Source: Lepidodermella squamata | Lineage: Eukaryota; Animalia; Gastrotricha | Length of the DNA: 64,000 bases | Direction of reading: 5' to 3' | Assembly (NCBI GenBank): GCA_047495785.1 | Contig: JBLDXI010000010.1 | Location: 930,001-994,000, forward strand | Part shown: piece by piece, positions 23,912 to 36,488 of the stretch | Layout of the letters: the number at the start of each line of letters is the position of its first letter | Position numbering within the stretch: the first letter of the stretch is position 1 | Made by a program: the position numbers and the translations under genes | The notes under the pieces: model-generated | The model's input: the letters and a program-made list of their open reading frames with translations, nothing else | Told to the model about the DNA's origin: nothing | The model's database searches: none

Positions 23912-24469
23912 TTTGTGAACAGTATGTGGAGCCCAAAATGTCGTTTAGAAAATTAGCTAGCGTGATATTATAAAATGATCAAACTTGATGAATATCGGGG
24001 CTTTAACAACCGGTCGAGCACGTGCAAAAAAATGTTGTTTACCAAATTTCAAGCACCGCACGCGACAAAACACTAAACCGTAAATTTTTCAGTGGATGAA
24101 CTAAAAAAATTTAAAGTAGAATTTAACAGTAAAATATAATTGAATATAAAGAGAATTATCAACCTCAGGAGTCACATAATCAGTCTACTAGGTTTGATTT
24201 TAATTTGAAGATTGAAAGCGGCCCTTGCCTGTCCAATTTTGGTTTACCCCCTGCGAGTGGGGCCAGGTTTCCTTTGGGGTTAAGACAGTCGAAAAAGTAG
24301 GACAACTTCTCCTTATTCTTGAATGAAAGCAAAACAATTCGATTGGTTTTCTTTAAAAATCTAAATTACGCAACTTCTCTGTAAAATAAAACATGCGCCT
24401 TAAAATTATCGAAATTAACACAAAAACTAATGTCGATTGGGAGCGTGATTTCTCTAACTTTTATCAGCC

Positions 24470-27217
24470 ATGAAGGCCGCTGCTGCCTTTCCAATACTAG
24501 CCATTTTCCTCTTAAAATCAAGTAAGTGCTATAACCACATTTTCATTTCTCCCCTGTTGAAATGTCCAAAGAATTAATTTGAGATAGTTGAACAATCACC
24601 GAGAGAATATTTTGATTTTTCGACATAACAGAGATCTTATTCATAATCGAAAATAATATTGTCGTTTTCAGCTGGAAGTCATGGCCAGTTATCAGACCCG
24701 TTATCACTATCCAGCTTTTGCGAAGTCCTCGAAATGAGCTGGCGACAAGGCCTCGACGGCGCCTTGAGCAAAAAATTGCAAGGCCTCCCGCCGCTGAAGG
24801 AAACGCTCAACGATAAAAACGTCAAATACCCATTAGGGCAGGCTGACCTCGGCGGGCCTTTCAGCCTGCGCCATACCAGCGTCGGGTCTCGCTACGAGAA
24901 ATGGGAGGACACTATCGAATTTGCCAGCCGAATGAACGCAGCACAGTGTTCATCGTTCAAAGGCTTCACCGTCGCGTATTACCTGTGGAAAGGTCGGCAC
25001 GATACTCTAGCGATCGCTGCTCAAATCGGCATGGCCCGAGATGAAAAGGTTCCGTCGTTTCTAGTCGGAGTTTCCAGCGAACTTCGACCGGCTATTTGGT
25101 CCAGAACTAGCCACACCGATCCGATTGTCAACCCGATAACTGGGCCACTTGACGTTAGAGCAGCAACTGATAGCTGGAGATTCCACGCGGTATCGGTCGA
25201 TCTAAGCGCGAAGGAAGTCACTTTTTACCACAGCTATTCAGCCGTTCAATACCGAGCAGCCTTAGACAGTAATGTCGCAGAGTTAGGCGCGAATCTAGCT
25301 GCTGGGATGTTTATTTCGCAGGACACGTTGTCCAACGTCGCAATTTTTACGGCTCCGATTACTCAGGCTGAGGTGGCTTTACTACCCTGTAGATTACGTA
25401 GCAGCTCAACTGAGCAAGCTTGGACAGCAAATGGATGTATGTTGGCCCCTCCCTACCGCGGCCCAAGGCGAGACATTGCCGTAACGTTCCTGCCACTTGA
25501 TAAGGACAGCCAGAATATCGACATGGTCAAGGGTCGAGTCCCGTCTATGTACAACGCCGCCTTCAACAATTTCACCGATATCAAAGCAAACGCGTTCTTC
25601 GTCCCAGCGAAAAGTGCTGGGTGGGTAGCTCAATACGATGATACTGCTGTTAATTCCGATCAGTGGGCCTTTACCTTCCACGTGTATTGCACGGGTGCTG
25701 TGAAGGGTGATCGAAAGGTGAAGCTGGTCGAGCTGGAGGAATCTATCTCACTTCAAGTTGCTGAGAACTGCTCAACCTTCACAGTTGAGTTGAAGCGGAT
25801 AAAGCAAGAGGAAACTTTCGATTTGAAGCTACCGCACTCGAAGTGGAGTTTCATCGGTATTACTCTTCATAACAACGGGACGAGATTGAGCCTTTTCTAT
25901 CAGGATGAACAAAAGGCGATGCAGATTATGACGAAAGCTGTAGATACAGCTAAGGGAGTCGTGTTGACCAAAGACATTGGAAATCAGCTTCTCATCGGTC
26001 CGAATCTGAGCGATTCCGCTGTTGGAATAAGCTGTTTAGGAATATTCAACAACAAGATGCTGTCTGAGGATTTGAAGGACATGGCTTGCTACTGCCCTGG
26101 GACGGATCGAATGACGTATCCGGAATACTTGGCTACGCTTTGCAAGGGTTCCGAGCGGAATGAATGGGTATCGCATGATTTTCTGAAAAACGTCTACTAC
26201 TACGCTCCGTTGGATCGGGCGCATGGTTTTCTCAACATTTTGGAGAAGAAGCTGCACAGAGCGGTGCGAAATTTCGAATTCTCCCCTGCTCACAGCTGGG
26301 CGGAGGGGCCGTTCGGCGAAAAAGAAGGTTCAGTCGAGGTAGTTTCGCATAAGAAAATGGATGGCGATCACCGGTGGCTAGCTGACTGGTTGCAATTCTT
26401 CTCTGATGCTCCGCTTGGTGAAGGGTTCACGATCAGTGGTTACTACTACTCTAACACTGCGGCAATGACAAGAATTGCGGGAGTTTTTCTTAACAACGAC
26501 CTCACTTCGATCGGTGAGGGATTTTTCGTGATCTGCGAGCAGGAAAAGTTAGGTATTAGGTTTTACGAGAAAGGAACTCCCAAAACGCACAAGACCGGCC
26601 TCAGCTGCGTCAGCCGACAGTGGACATTTTTCGCTGCAACTTGGGAGCGGGCGTCTCGAAAAGTCAAGGTTTATGGGAAAGAAGGCAATGTTGCGCTTGA
26701 AATAAATGCCGAGCTCTACAAATCTCAAAACGATTTCAAGCCTTTACTTCGACTTGTCTACATCGAAGATGTAAATGAAGTACCAATTGGTAGCAGGTTG
26801 GCTTGTCTTCTCGTTGATACAAAGGTGCTTCAGAGTGCGGAAATTAAGTTGCTGGATGATGTTTGCCGGAAGAAGGGCATGAAAGATAACAAGGATCCAT
26901 CCGCGTTGCCGGCCGAACCTCCTGATACTGCTACAACAGTTGCTACTACACTTTCTCAGGGAACTGAAACTTCTACAGTAGCTGGAACGAAAGCAACAAA
27001 AAAACCTGCGGTAACTGAAGCTGTGACTGAGGATGACGAGCAGTCCACGACAACAGCGGTTGCGCATATTAGCGGAAATGATGAAGAAAAAGATCATTCA
27101 GGGTCGGGGGAGGATAGCAAGGAAAAGCCAGTGCCGCTACTGGATTCTGGTGCCAGTTCGATCGAGTATGGTGCGCTGGCTTCAGTTCTCGGATTGGTTG
27201 TTTTACTCTTGCGCTGA
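24470..27217 (+). CDS. Triple LamG/concanavalin-A-like domain surface protein, predicted GPI-anchored; paralogue 1
   Basis: Signal exon MKAAAAFPILAIFLLKS (24470; donor GTAAGT ~24522), then one 2.5 kb exon. Three repeats with W.F.(A/G).(S/T) and AC...L...E...L...C; Thr-rich stalk; hydrophobic C-terminus with no cytoplasmic tail. Confidence 0.8.
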
Positions 27218-27493
27218 CTCCGCCATCTCTTTTATGCTGATAGTCCTCACTATGTATAACGAAAAGTAAAAATTTGTTTTGAAATGAGATTTTGTTTTGG
27301 GAATTCCTAATTCAAATCCATAACGAATTAGCGCCCTTATCCCAGCACTTGTTTCATTACGGATTTGACAAAGCCCATTGAGCAAATCAGACTCCCAAAA
27401 TTACATAAAAACTCCACCTTAAAACTGTTTAACGTTTTTGAATTTTGTGTTCTCTAAGGATAAGACCACCAATGTCACGGTCAAATAAAATCC

Positions 27494-30178
27494 ATGATAC
27501 CAGCAGTCTGGAATATGTTACCTTGTCTTTTCTCTTTGTTCAATTATCCTTCAGTGAGTTACTTTAAGAAAGTCATTCCGTCCATTTTCTTCATTGTGCT
27601 TGCAGCATTAGCGAATTCTGAGCTCGCCGATCCTTTGTTGAACCCTAGTTACTGTGAAACTTACGAGATGACGGCGCGACAGGGTCACCATGGCGAACGC
27701 AGCGAGCGCTTCAGCTACATGCCGCCAGTAAAGCTCACCGAGGAGGAACTATCTGAAAAATACGCCGTGAAACTCCCCATATTTCTCATGCATGCAGCCG
27801 GTCCATTCGGACTACTTCACACCATGCTCCAGTCCGGCTTTGTCGAAAAGTCTAGCTATTATGTTGAATACGCTGCTCGCTTCCTGACTAACTGTGACAC
27901 AATTAAGAGCTTCACAGTAGGGTATTTTCTCCTGAAAGGTCAAAAAGACTCGGCGGCATATGCTGCCCAAATCGGCAAGGCTCATGACGAAACGAACCCA
28001 GCGATTATCGTCGGCGTGACATCCGAGCATCAGCCTGCAATTTGGTCGATAAAGGACCATATGGACGGCATATTGAACCCTACAAAGAGCCCAATCGACG
28101 TCAGGATAAGCCCGAAAGAGTGGCGGTTTCATGCGGTTTCTGTCGATCTGGAAACGCAGGAGATTGTTTTCTTCGAAAGTTTTTCCGCCGTGCAACATCG
28201 GGCGCAGCTGCCTGGAAGCACCGCAGTGCTACCAGGCCCTTACCTGAAGCCAAATGTTGCTTTTGCGAGGTTTCATAACAGCGATTTCATGTCGACCACA
28301 ATTTTATTCACATCGGCTCTGAAACAAGAAGATGTGGCTCTTCTTCCCTGCAGGCTACGCAACAAGCTGCTCAACATGACATGGTCTCCCAATGATTGTA
28401 TGTTAGCCCCTCCGTACAAAGGCCCAAGAAGGGATATTGCTGTGTCATTTCTCCCATTGGATAAAGACAGCCAAAATGTTGATATGATTACTGGAAAAAT
28501 TCCGTCGAGTTACAACGCAGCCTTCAACAAATTCACCCACATTCTACGAGACGCATTCTTCGTACCAGGACCTTCGTCTGAATGGGTTGCTGTTTACGAC
28601 AAGAAATCCGTTTCTTCTGATCGATGGGCTTTCACATTCTACCTGTATTGCCCAAGACCTGGTACGAATGGTGATCGTTTAGTGAAGCTTCTAGAGTTGG
28701 AAGAATCAATTTCCCTTCAAGCTTCCGAGAACTGTTCTTCATTCACGATTGATCTGAAGCGAATGAATCGCAATGAGAAATTTGACGTTGTACCTCCGCC
28801 GGGCCGATGGAACTTTTTTGCCTTGACGCTTCACGGAAATGCAACGACTTTAACCGTCACGTACCAGGACGATCAGAAAAACCTAATTAATTCTTCAAAA
28901 GCTCTTGGTGAAGCTAGCAATGTAAAGTTAACCACAGATATCGGCAATCAGCTATTTATTGGTCCTAATTTGAAGAATTCGTCTATTGGGCTGGCCTGTT
29001 TGGCTATCTTTAACGGGAGCTTGCTACAGGAAGACCTTCTCAATTCGATTTGCTACTGCCCTGGCACAGATAGACTTGGCCATCCGGACTTTCTCAATTC
29101 ACAATGTGCGGGTAACGGTCGTAACCAGCTCGTTTCACACGAGTTTCTAAAATACGTTCATTACTACGCCCCGTTGGACAAATCAACAGGGCTGATCAAT
29201 ATTTTATCTCAAAAGATTACGCCTATGGAGGATAATTTTGCATTTTCAACCGCAATGAAATGGGCTCCCGGACCTTTCAGCGAGGCTGATGGTGCAATAG
29301 AAGTCTTGGAAAATAAGAACATCGATGCAGATCACCCGATGCTCGCCGAATGGATAGGATTCCAAACTAACGAAGGTCGTGGTGACCTGACAATAAGCCT
29401 GTATTACTACCACGCCAAGAAGCTGTATGACGGGCAGCATATCCTTTCATTGTACCTTAATCGAAAGGAGGGCATGGAGAATGGCGTGAAATTGTTGTGT
29501 TTCGAATCGAAGTTGGCGACGTACGATGACTCGACTAGAACCACTGTGAAGACGAAGCAAGACTGTTTGCCTGGGCAATGGATTTTCATCGCCATGACGT
29601 ATGAGTTGTATACGAAGAAGCTTACGCTTTACAGGAGCGACGGATCTCTTCTGGACGAGAGGGAGGTTGAGCTTTATTACGCGGCTTTATCTTGGATTCC
29701 TGCGATTTATTTGATACCTGGCGAGAAGGGGCGACCAATCGGCGACAGAATCGCGTGCGTTCTTGTGAACCATAGGCCTCTTTTACCAGAACAGATCAAG
29801 CTGCTTGAAGAGGTTTGCCGAAAAAAGGGCTTCAAAGGTATCAACGATACTTCGAAGCATTCGGACAAATCGGTTGAAGATGCACGCACGACTACAATGA
29901 AGTACAACTTAGTTAGTGGGGATTCGACGACCTCGAAATCTGGAGCTAAAAAGGTGACTCGAACGGGGACAGATGACGACGATGATGGACCAACTACGCC
30001 CGACTTTGGAGGTGGTGGTTGGAAATTTGGCCCTGGGAGTCGAGAGGATGCTAATCAAAATCAACCTGTTCCTCAGGTTCAGAACGAAGCTAACTTTCTA
30101 GAAAATCCTTGGACTATTTCCATGGCAACACTTTCAACAGTACATTGCCTAATGAATTCATATCTGGAAGTCTTTTAA
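27494..30178 (+). CDS. Triple LamG-like surface protein; paralogue 2
   Basis: 894-aa ORF, probably containing a short in-frame first intron (GTGAGT ~27554 to CAG ~27605). Shares long motifs with paralogue 1 (LAPPY.GPRRDIAV.FLPLDKDSQN, CYCPGTDR, YYAPLD, GPF). Confidence 0.8.
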   Translation: MIPAVWNMLPCLFSLFNYPSVSYFKKVIPSIFFIVLAALANSELADPLLNPSYCETYEMTARQGHHGERSERFSYMPPVKLTEEELSEKYAVKLPIFLMHAAGPFGLLHTMLQSGFVEKSSYYVEYAARFLTNCDTIKSFTVGYFLLKGQKDSAAYAAQIGKAHDETNPAIIVGVTSEHQPAIWSIKDHMDGILNPTKSPIDVRISPKEWRFHAVSVDLETQEIVFFESFSAVQHRAQLPGSTAVLPGPYLKPNVAFARFHNSDFMSTTILFTSALKQEDVALLPCRLRNKLLNMTWSPNDCMLAPPYKGPRRDIAVSFLPLDKDSQNVDMITGKIPSSYNAAFNKFTHILRDAFFVPGPSSEWVAVYDKKSVSSDRWAFTFYLYCPRPGTNGDRLVKLLELEESISLQASENCSSFTIDLKRMNRNEKFDVVPPPGRWNFFALTLHGNATTLTVTYQDDQKNLINSSKALGEASNVKLTTDIGNQLFIGPNLKNSSIGLACLAIFNGSLLQEDLLNSICYCPGTDRLGHPDFLNSQCAGNGRNQLVSHEFLKYVHYYAPLDKSTGLINILSQKITPMEDNFAFSTAMKWAPGPFSEADGAIEVLENKNIDADHPMLAEWIGFQTNEGRGDLTISLYYYHAKKLYDGQHILSLYLNRKEGMENGVKLLCFESKLATYDDSTRTTVKTKQDCLPGQWIFIAMTYELYTKKLTLYRSDGSLLDEREVELYYAALSWIPAIYLIPGEKGRPIGDRIACVLVNHRPLLPEQIKLLEEVCRKKGFKGINDTSKHSDKSVEDARTTTMKYNLVSGDSTTSKSGAKKVTRTGTDDDDDGPTTPDFGGGGWKFGPGSREDANQNQPVPQVQNEANFLENPWTISMATLSTVHCLMNSYLEVF

Positions 30179-30701
30179 GGGATAAGACAATTATCTCGTT
30201 GATTCCACATCGACTAAAATAAATCTAATGAACGTGAATTAGTTGACGGCAACCATTATTTGTTAATTGACGTGTCGACTTCTCCCGTGGTGATTAAAAC
30301 AAACACGCTATTTTGCTTTTATTAATCATCCGAGCGGCGCTAATAGATCAAGAGATAGCCGGAGAGCACACAATAGAGCGGGTTTTTACGTGCGCTAAAG
30401 AGCAGTTTCACTAATATACTGGCGAATTGTTAATAGACTAGTGTAGTAGAGAGCGTGGTATGAGCAGTTGTAGTAGCCCTGGCGGCCGTCATTTTTTCAA
30501 ATTATCTACATTAACGGCGCTATACGATGTTTAACGTGAAGAGATTTGATAATTACGTCGGCGGCCGCGCGCTGGCGGACGGTGCGCTTACGCGGCCAGC
30601 ATCCATGGTCTCTCTCGTCATGCCGCACGCCGCCGGTGTTTAGACAGCTTTCATTTGTTTCTTCGAGACGCTCCTCATCTTCGAAACGTATAGGTACGAC
30701 A

Positions 30702-31429
30702 ATGAACGCTATTTCGTTTATCGCCGCTGCGGCTGTGCTGATTTCGACAGCCGTCGCCTGTCCGTCTTCCTCCACCGCCACACCCTGCCCGACCCCGTCG
30801 AGCTGCCCGACGGGCCAGAGCTGTTACCAGTCCAGCCTGCAACAGTCGACCGGAACCCCCAACTCTGTAAAACATTTTTGCTAATGATTTCGCCGCCGCT
30901 TTTGACAATGTTTCGAGTTTAGTTTTCAACTTGCATTACTACAACATCTGGCGGAGTGTCCCTCCCGTTCTGCACAACGTCTGGAAGCTGCAATCTCCCT
31001 AACACTGCTGTGGTTCGTAGCTAATTTTGCTTTAAATTGAAAGTCACCACGATTTTATGTATACTTCAGTCTGGTACGTCAACTTTCTTGAGCTTCAGCG
31101 CTTGCTGTGCCAACATTGGAACGACAAATTTCGGTACAATTACGACTACGTCGGCTGCTGCTCAGGGCATGTGCTTCAGCAATTCATTCTTGTACCGAAA
31201 GTTGACATCGCCAGCGGCATGCATCGACTTCCCTGAGACTTCCATCTCAGGCCCGACATCTGGCGTAAAATATTTGATATCTAAATATAACATGACTTGA
31301 GGTTTCTCGTTTTAACAGCTACAAGGCTACACTTCCTTCTGGGCCTGCTGCCAGGCCTCGCCCGTTACAACTGGCACTTTGAACGTAGCGCCTGCGACCG
31401 GCCTTATCATGATGAGATGCCTTGCGTAA
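30702..31429 (+). CDS. Small secreted Cys/Ser/Thr-rich protein (14 Cys), 4 exons; paralogue of 54791-55476
   Basis: MNAISFIAAAAVLISTAVA-CPSSSTATPCPTPSSCPTGQSCYQSSLQQSTGTPNS / ..CITTTSGG..FCTTSGSC / FLSFSACC..MCFSNSFLYRKLTSPAAC / GYTSFWACC..MRCLA*. Confidence 0.78.
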
Positions 31430-31988
31430 TCCATCATGCCGGCAATAATAGGCACCGACGTCTCGATAAGATTAACAGTTACCAGATTTCATGTTATCAT
31501 CGATGTTTTCAAAAATTGCATTCTGTTTAAGCTTCTAATAGGCTCGATTACTTAACGTCCAATTTAGGCCACTTCGATTGCGTGTCGGCTACTTGAAATA
31601 AATGAACTGACAGCCTTTCTTATATGGGCAATTGTTCGTTACCTAATTGAGTCCTAATTGAGCAAATATAAGCAGGTTTTTGCAGAGTGGATAAGTGTGG
31701 CAACCGGAAACCGTAAATTCCTGAATGGCTACGGTTGTCTTCTTGACCTCACAAATAGTCACAATCATTGGTTCTTCGTGTCACCTTAAGCCTCAAGCTT
31801 CAGACTGGAATCAAAGTTTCGCCATTGAAGCCATAGCGACAGTCCATATCGTTTTCAATTCTTCATCAGCCAAGAAGGCTTCCTTTGATCAACAATAGTG
31901 TGATAACGAATAATAAAAGAGAAAATAGAAAGTCTAGCTTAAAAAAGTAACCCGACGCATTTCAGACTCTTAAAATCCGGGTGATGAG

Positions 31989-34576
31989 ATGCACCCGTTA
32001 TTAATTATCGCTAGCTTCATCTTCCAATTAGAAAATGCAAAAGGTAAGTTGCAATATGATTCTGGCTGAAGTGACTTTAGAATTTGTCTAAACTAGGTCA
32101 AAACGACCCTCTCCTCCGGACTGATTTCATCGCCGTTTTCGAGTTGAGTTCCCGCCAAGGTCTTGCTACTGCAATCGGGCCAAGCGTAGTTCCAATTGGT
32201 GAGAAAAATCCGCATTATGGCTTCAACTTCGAACTGCCGGGACCGTTCAACCTTCTTGGATCTAGCTTACATACAGATCTAAAGGAACACGAAGCATTCG
32301 CCTCAGCTTACGCCCTCGAAGGATCTAGCATCAAATCTGGATTATCTCAATTCACTATCGCTTATTATATTTTGAAAGGCAGTAACCATTCCCATGCTTT
32401 TGCAGCCCAAATCGGTAGAGCAAAGAAGAAAGATTCTGGAAAATTCGTGAGGATCGGCGTGACAAGAATGGGCGAACCAGCTGTTTGGGCGAGAAATAAT
32501 TGGGAGGAAGATCCTGTTGAGCCGTTTTCCAGCGGTAACACCAAAATTCGCATACCAACCGATCAATGGACCTTCTTAGCTGCGTCAGTCGACTTGTTCA
32601 AAAGTGAAGTCGTATTCCATTACGGACCAAGTGCTGTTCAGTACCGAACGAAAATTGCTAGCGGTTTCATCTCGGGTCACGTCGCACCTCGAATAGCTTT
32701 AGGAGACTTCACGACAGGAGATAACTTATGCAATGTAGCTCTTTTCTCATCTGTTTTATCTCAGCAAGATGTTTCGCAATTACCATGTCGATTCAAATCA
32801 TTGGTAACTGACACGCAATGGTCAAGGAATTGCCTCATTTCCCTACCATTTTTCGGCCATAGGAAGAATGACGTCATCCTATTCTTGCCTTTAGACAAAG
32901 ACAGCTCAAACGTAGACCTTGCCCGCTTTAGGTTGCCTACTACTTACAATTCTGGGTTTAACAACTTCAAAAACTTCTCCCTCGACGTGTTTTTCGTACC
33001 AACCGAGGGTAGCAAATGGGTTGCGACGTATGAAAATGTTGCTATTCCTAAGAATGATTGGACAATAACTTTCTATGCGTTTTGCTCTTCGGTTGCCAAA
33101 TCGAATTCTACAACAACTTTGTTCGAAATGAAAGACTCAATCATTGTAAAAGCGAGCCTAAATTGCAGTCTTATTATTGTTTCAATGAAGGATCCAGCCA
33201 AGGAATATGTCTTCCAGGTCGATTTGTTAGAGGATCGATGGAGTTTTGTCTTGATCATGCAAAATCAGAAGGGTAATGCTTTGAACGTTTACTCACTGGA
33301 AAGTGGAAAAGGCAACGCCCTTCAAGTCCCACCGGAAAATTTGACCACTGAGGCGGGTACTACTTTATTTATTGGCCCTGATTCGAATAGTTCAAATGTC
33401 GGATTCGCGTGTTTGACTATTTTCAACGCAGCTTTGAAGCAAACTGAGTTTTCCAGGGTGGTTTGCTACTGCCCAGGCGGTGGTCGAACATCCCATCCAG
33501 ATTTTCTGCTTGATTCATGCCCTACCGAACTGAATCCGAAATTTACATTGAACCTTGGCCGCGAGCTTTTGTTCTACTCACCATTGTCTAAAAACTTCAG
33601 CGTCGGGAATTTCGCCAAAAGGAAGATGAAGCCAGTTGATAATCTCGCCTTCCAACCAACTTTCAAATATATTACTGGACCTTTTGGATTAAACGAGACT
33701 GCGATAGAAGTCCATGCACCTAAAGATGAATCGACTAAGTACAAAATGTTAGCTGATCGAATCTTCGATGCCCCTGAGTCGAGTGAAGGCTTTACAGTGA
33801 GCTTCTACTACTACCCTGCAAAGAAAGAAGGTCAGGGCCAGGAAATTGCGAACGTGTGGTTGTACTCAGAATCGTCCAACTATGTTAGATGGTCCGGTAT
33901 AAGAATTGTTTGCTTCAACACGAAACTTAGCACCGTCCTAAACCACATAGATGACAAGCAGAGCGGGTCGATTTATGGATCAGCCCCGGAACCCACTGCG
34001 AAGGAATGTAAAGTTGGCGAGTGGAATTATGTTGCCCTTACTTGGAGGCGCAAAGATTCGAGGGCGACATTCTTCGAAAAAGACGGCACACCTTATGCTG
34101 GTCAATATCTAAAAATTCGAGCCGGTTCGAAAAAGTTCCGAATCCAGCTTACCTTATCGCCCAATGTTAGGCGAGTGCAAGAAGGCGATCGTTTTGCTTG
34201 TGTTTTGCTTCATAACGACGTTCTCCCGCCTAACTATTTAGCTTTGTTAGATGACGCGTGCTTCCAGCAGGGTATTGAAATCCCGCCTGATTTCGGCCCG
34301 GATGATGATTACATCCCTCCTACTGAGCAACCTCCCGAGGTTCAGCAGCAGGACAAAAACAAAGCTCGCTCAACCAAAAAGAAACTGCCGACCACTACAG
34401 AGCCGCAACCGGATGATGTTGAAGAAGTGGCTTCTACGAAGGAACCTCGAGCTAGGCCTAGTTATGACGAGGTGCCACTTACCCCGGACAGGCAGATACA
34501 AAGCCGTTGCACCACTCTGTTACCTTCTTTCAAATCAGTTTTCATTTTATCACTATTTCTCCTGCATAACAAATAA
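31989..34576 (+). CDS. Triple LamG-like surface protein; paralogue 3 (most diverged)
   Basis: Signal exon MHPLLIIASFIFQLENAK (donor GTAAGT 32044), then a 2.5 kb exon with AAQIG, FLPLDKDS, CYCPG, FYSPL, GPFG; Pro/Thr/acidic stalk; hydrophobic C-terminus. Confidence 0.8.
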
Positions 34577-34597
34577 AGACTAATTTAAATGAAAAGG

Positions 34598-36206
34598 TTA
34601 TTGGGTGATTGTTAAGTAGGATTTCCGTGAGTTTTCCTCACTCAACAACCGGGCCATCGACTCTCTGCCATCGTTCTCGATTTCAGCAATATAATCCCTC
34701 CGAGTAAAATGAACGATCGTCCCAAAAATTAGTAGCAATAAAACAACTGCAGCTAGCATAGCCATGACAAAAGAGCCCCATTCAAAACCGATGTTGTCCA
34801 GAAGTAGTCCGGCTAAAGGGGTGCCGGTGAAAGAGCCAAGATAGTACATTGAGTTGAAAAGCCCAGCGACCATTGATGAGGTTTCGATTCCATCATCAAA
34901 GCCGACTTTCCTTGCAGCTATCATTATAGCATTTGGGGTAGGGTTGATCAGTAGGGACAGTCCTAAGGCGGCTAGAAAGTAAGAAACTATTGTTAGGGTG
35001 ACTGAAGGGGCAATCACGCTATGGATTGGCTCGATAGGACCCATTAACAGAAAGGATAGCAGCAGCGCTACAGCCCCAGCCATCATCATCTAAACATACG
35101 GTTCGTAATTTGATAATGGAGGTTCAAGATAAAACTCACCCAATAGACCAGGTTTTTGTAAGTATCTGCCAATTTACCGACGATCAGGGTGCCTAATGTG
35201 TAAACAGCTGCTGAACCAAGGAAAACGAATCCGACTTCGACAGGCTTGTCATAGCCTAAACTAGCTAGGTAAATTGCTAAGGTAGGTGATGGATAGCTGA
35301 AGGCTAACGAGCCAAGCCCCACTGCCACACTTAGCACCCAAATTTCCAGGGAATTGCGGTAGAAATAGATCATGGATAAATCTTTTTTCTGAGTCTTGTT
35401 GTTCTTTTCAGCTTCATCCTTTGCAGCTTTGTCAAAATCATCGACGACACTCTGAGGCATGGTGATCCTTAGCAGAATTGTTGAAATGCCTCCGATTACT
35501 AGCAAGAGGCCTCCTACTACAAAGAAGGGAAGAGTGAAGCCACCTGCATCAAACAATGCTCCTCCAACACTTGGGCCCAAAACAGCTCCAGCCCCGTAAG
35601 TTCCCTCTAAGACAGCATAGCCTAGTGAAATTTTATCCCCAAATAGGATTGGCACAGCGCTGAAGGCAGCTATTGAGTATCTAAGATTCATAGAGTTGAA
35701 ATCTCAGGTCACTTTGTGAAGATGTAAACTTACGAACTTGCCCCTATAGCCTCTACAACCCGGGCGAAAAAGCATAATACAACGTAGGCATCACCTGGCG
35801 GAGACAGATCGACAAGCCCGAATAGTATAGTCGCGCCTCCAGTCATGAAAGCTCCTGAGCCAATCATGAAATGGAGCCCGAGGTGTTTGACCAAACGACC
35901 AGCGACCAGGCATCCGAGGAACATGACTAGGGTATATGTCCCGAAGACGAAACCGACAATAGTTGCTGAGACATCGCGTTTGGCGGCTTCCGTAGGGAAG
36001 AAAGGGGCGAATAGCATGCTGTTCATGCCGAACATGAGCCTGACAACGTTAATCACAACCAAATTGAAGATGTTTGTGAATTTTGATATAGGCGGCCGTG
36101 TTGAAGCTTGATCGGGGTTTCTATTCTTCTTTTGATCGAATAATTTGCCATGGCTGCTTACCAATAGCGCTGAATGAACGCTAAGGGACATAGGGCCGGT
36201 AGCCAT
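34598..36206 (-). CDS. MFS transporter, SLC18B1-like
   Basis: Three ORFs joined by short introns: SMLFAPFFPTEAAKRDVSATIVGFVFG, FFARVVEAIG, LEGTYGAGAVLGPSVGGALFDAGGFTLPF, SSMVAGLFNSMYYLGSFTG..LAG.L...GF. Start codon approximate. Confidence 0.88.
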
Positions 36207-36488
36207 CTGCAGTTCTTTGAGCAAGATATGTTAGACTGAATGAAATCAGACAGTTTTAAGCGTGTGCAAATACTGATAAGAGCCACACTCATTCCGATAA
36301 AGATAAGTCGGATGTCGCCCACAATGTAGAACGAGAAATTAATGTGCCTGAGGTCATCAACAGCACTGCGAGCATTGTCATGAGAACATGACTGTAATGA
36401 CATATGTATTTTAAAGGGACAGAGGTGGCCTGTAACATGCCGGATATGATTTTAAGGACAAGGGCAAGCAACTGAGGTCATTTTATTA

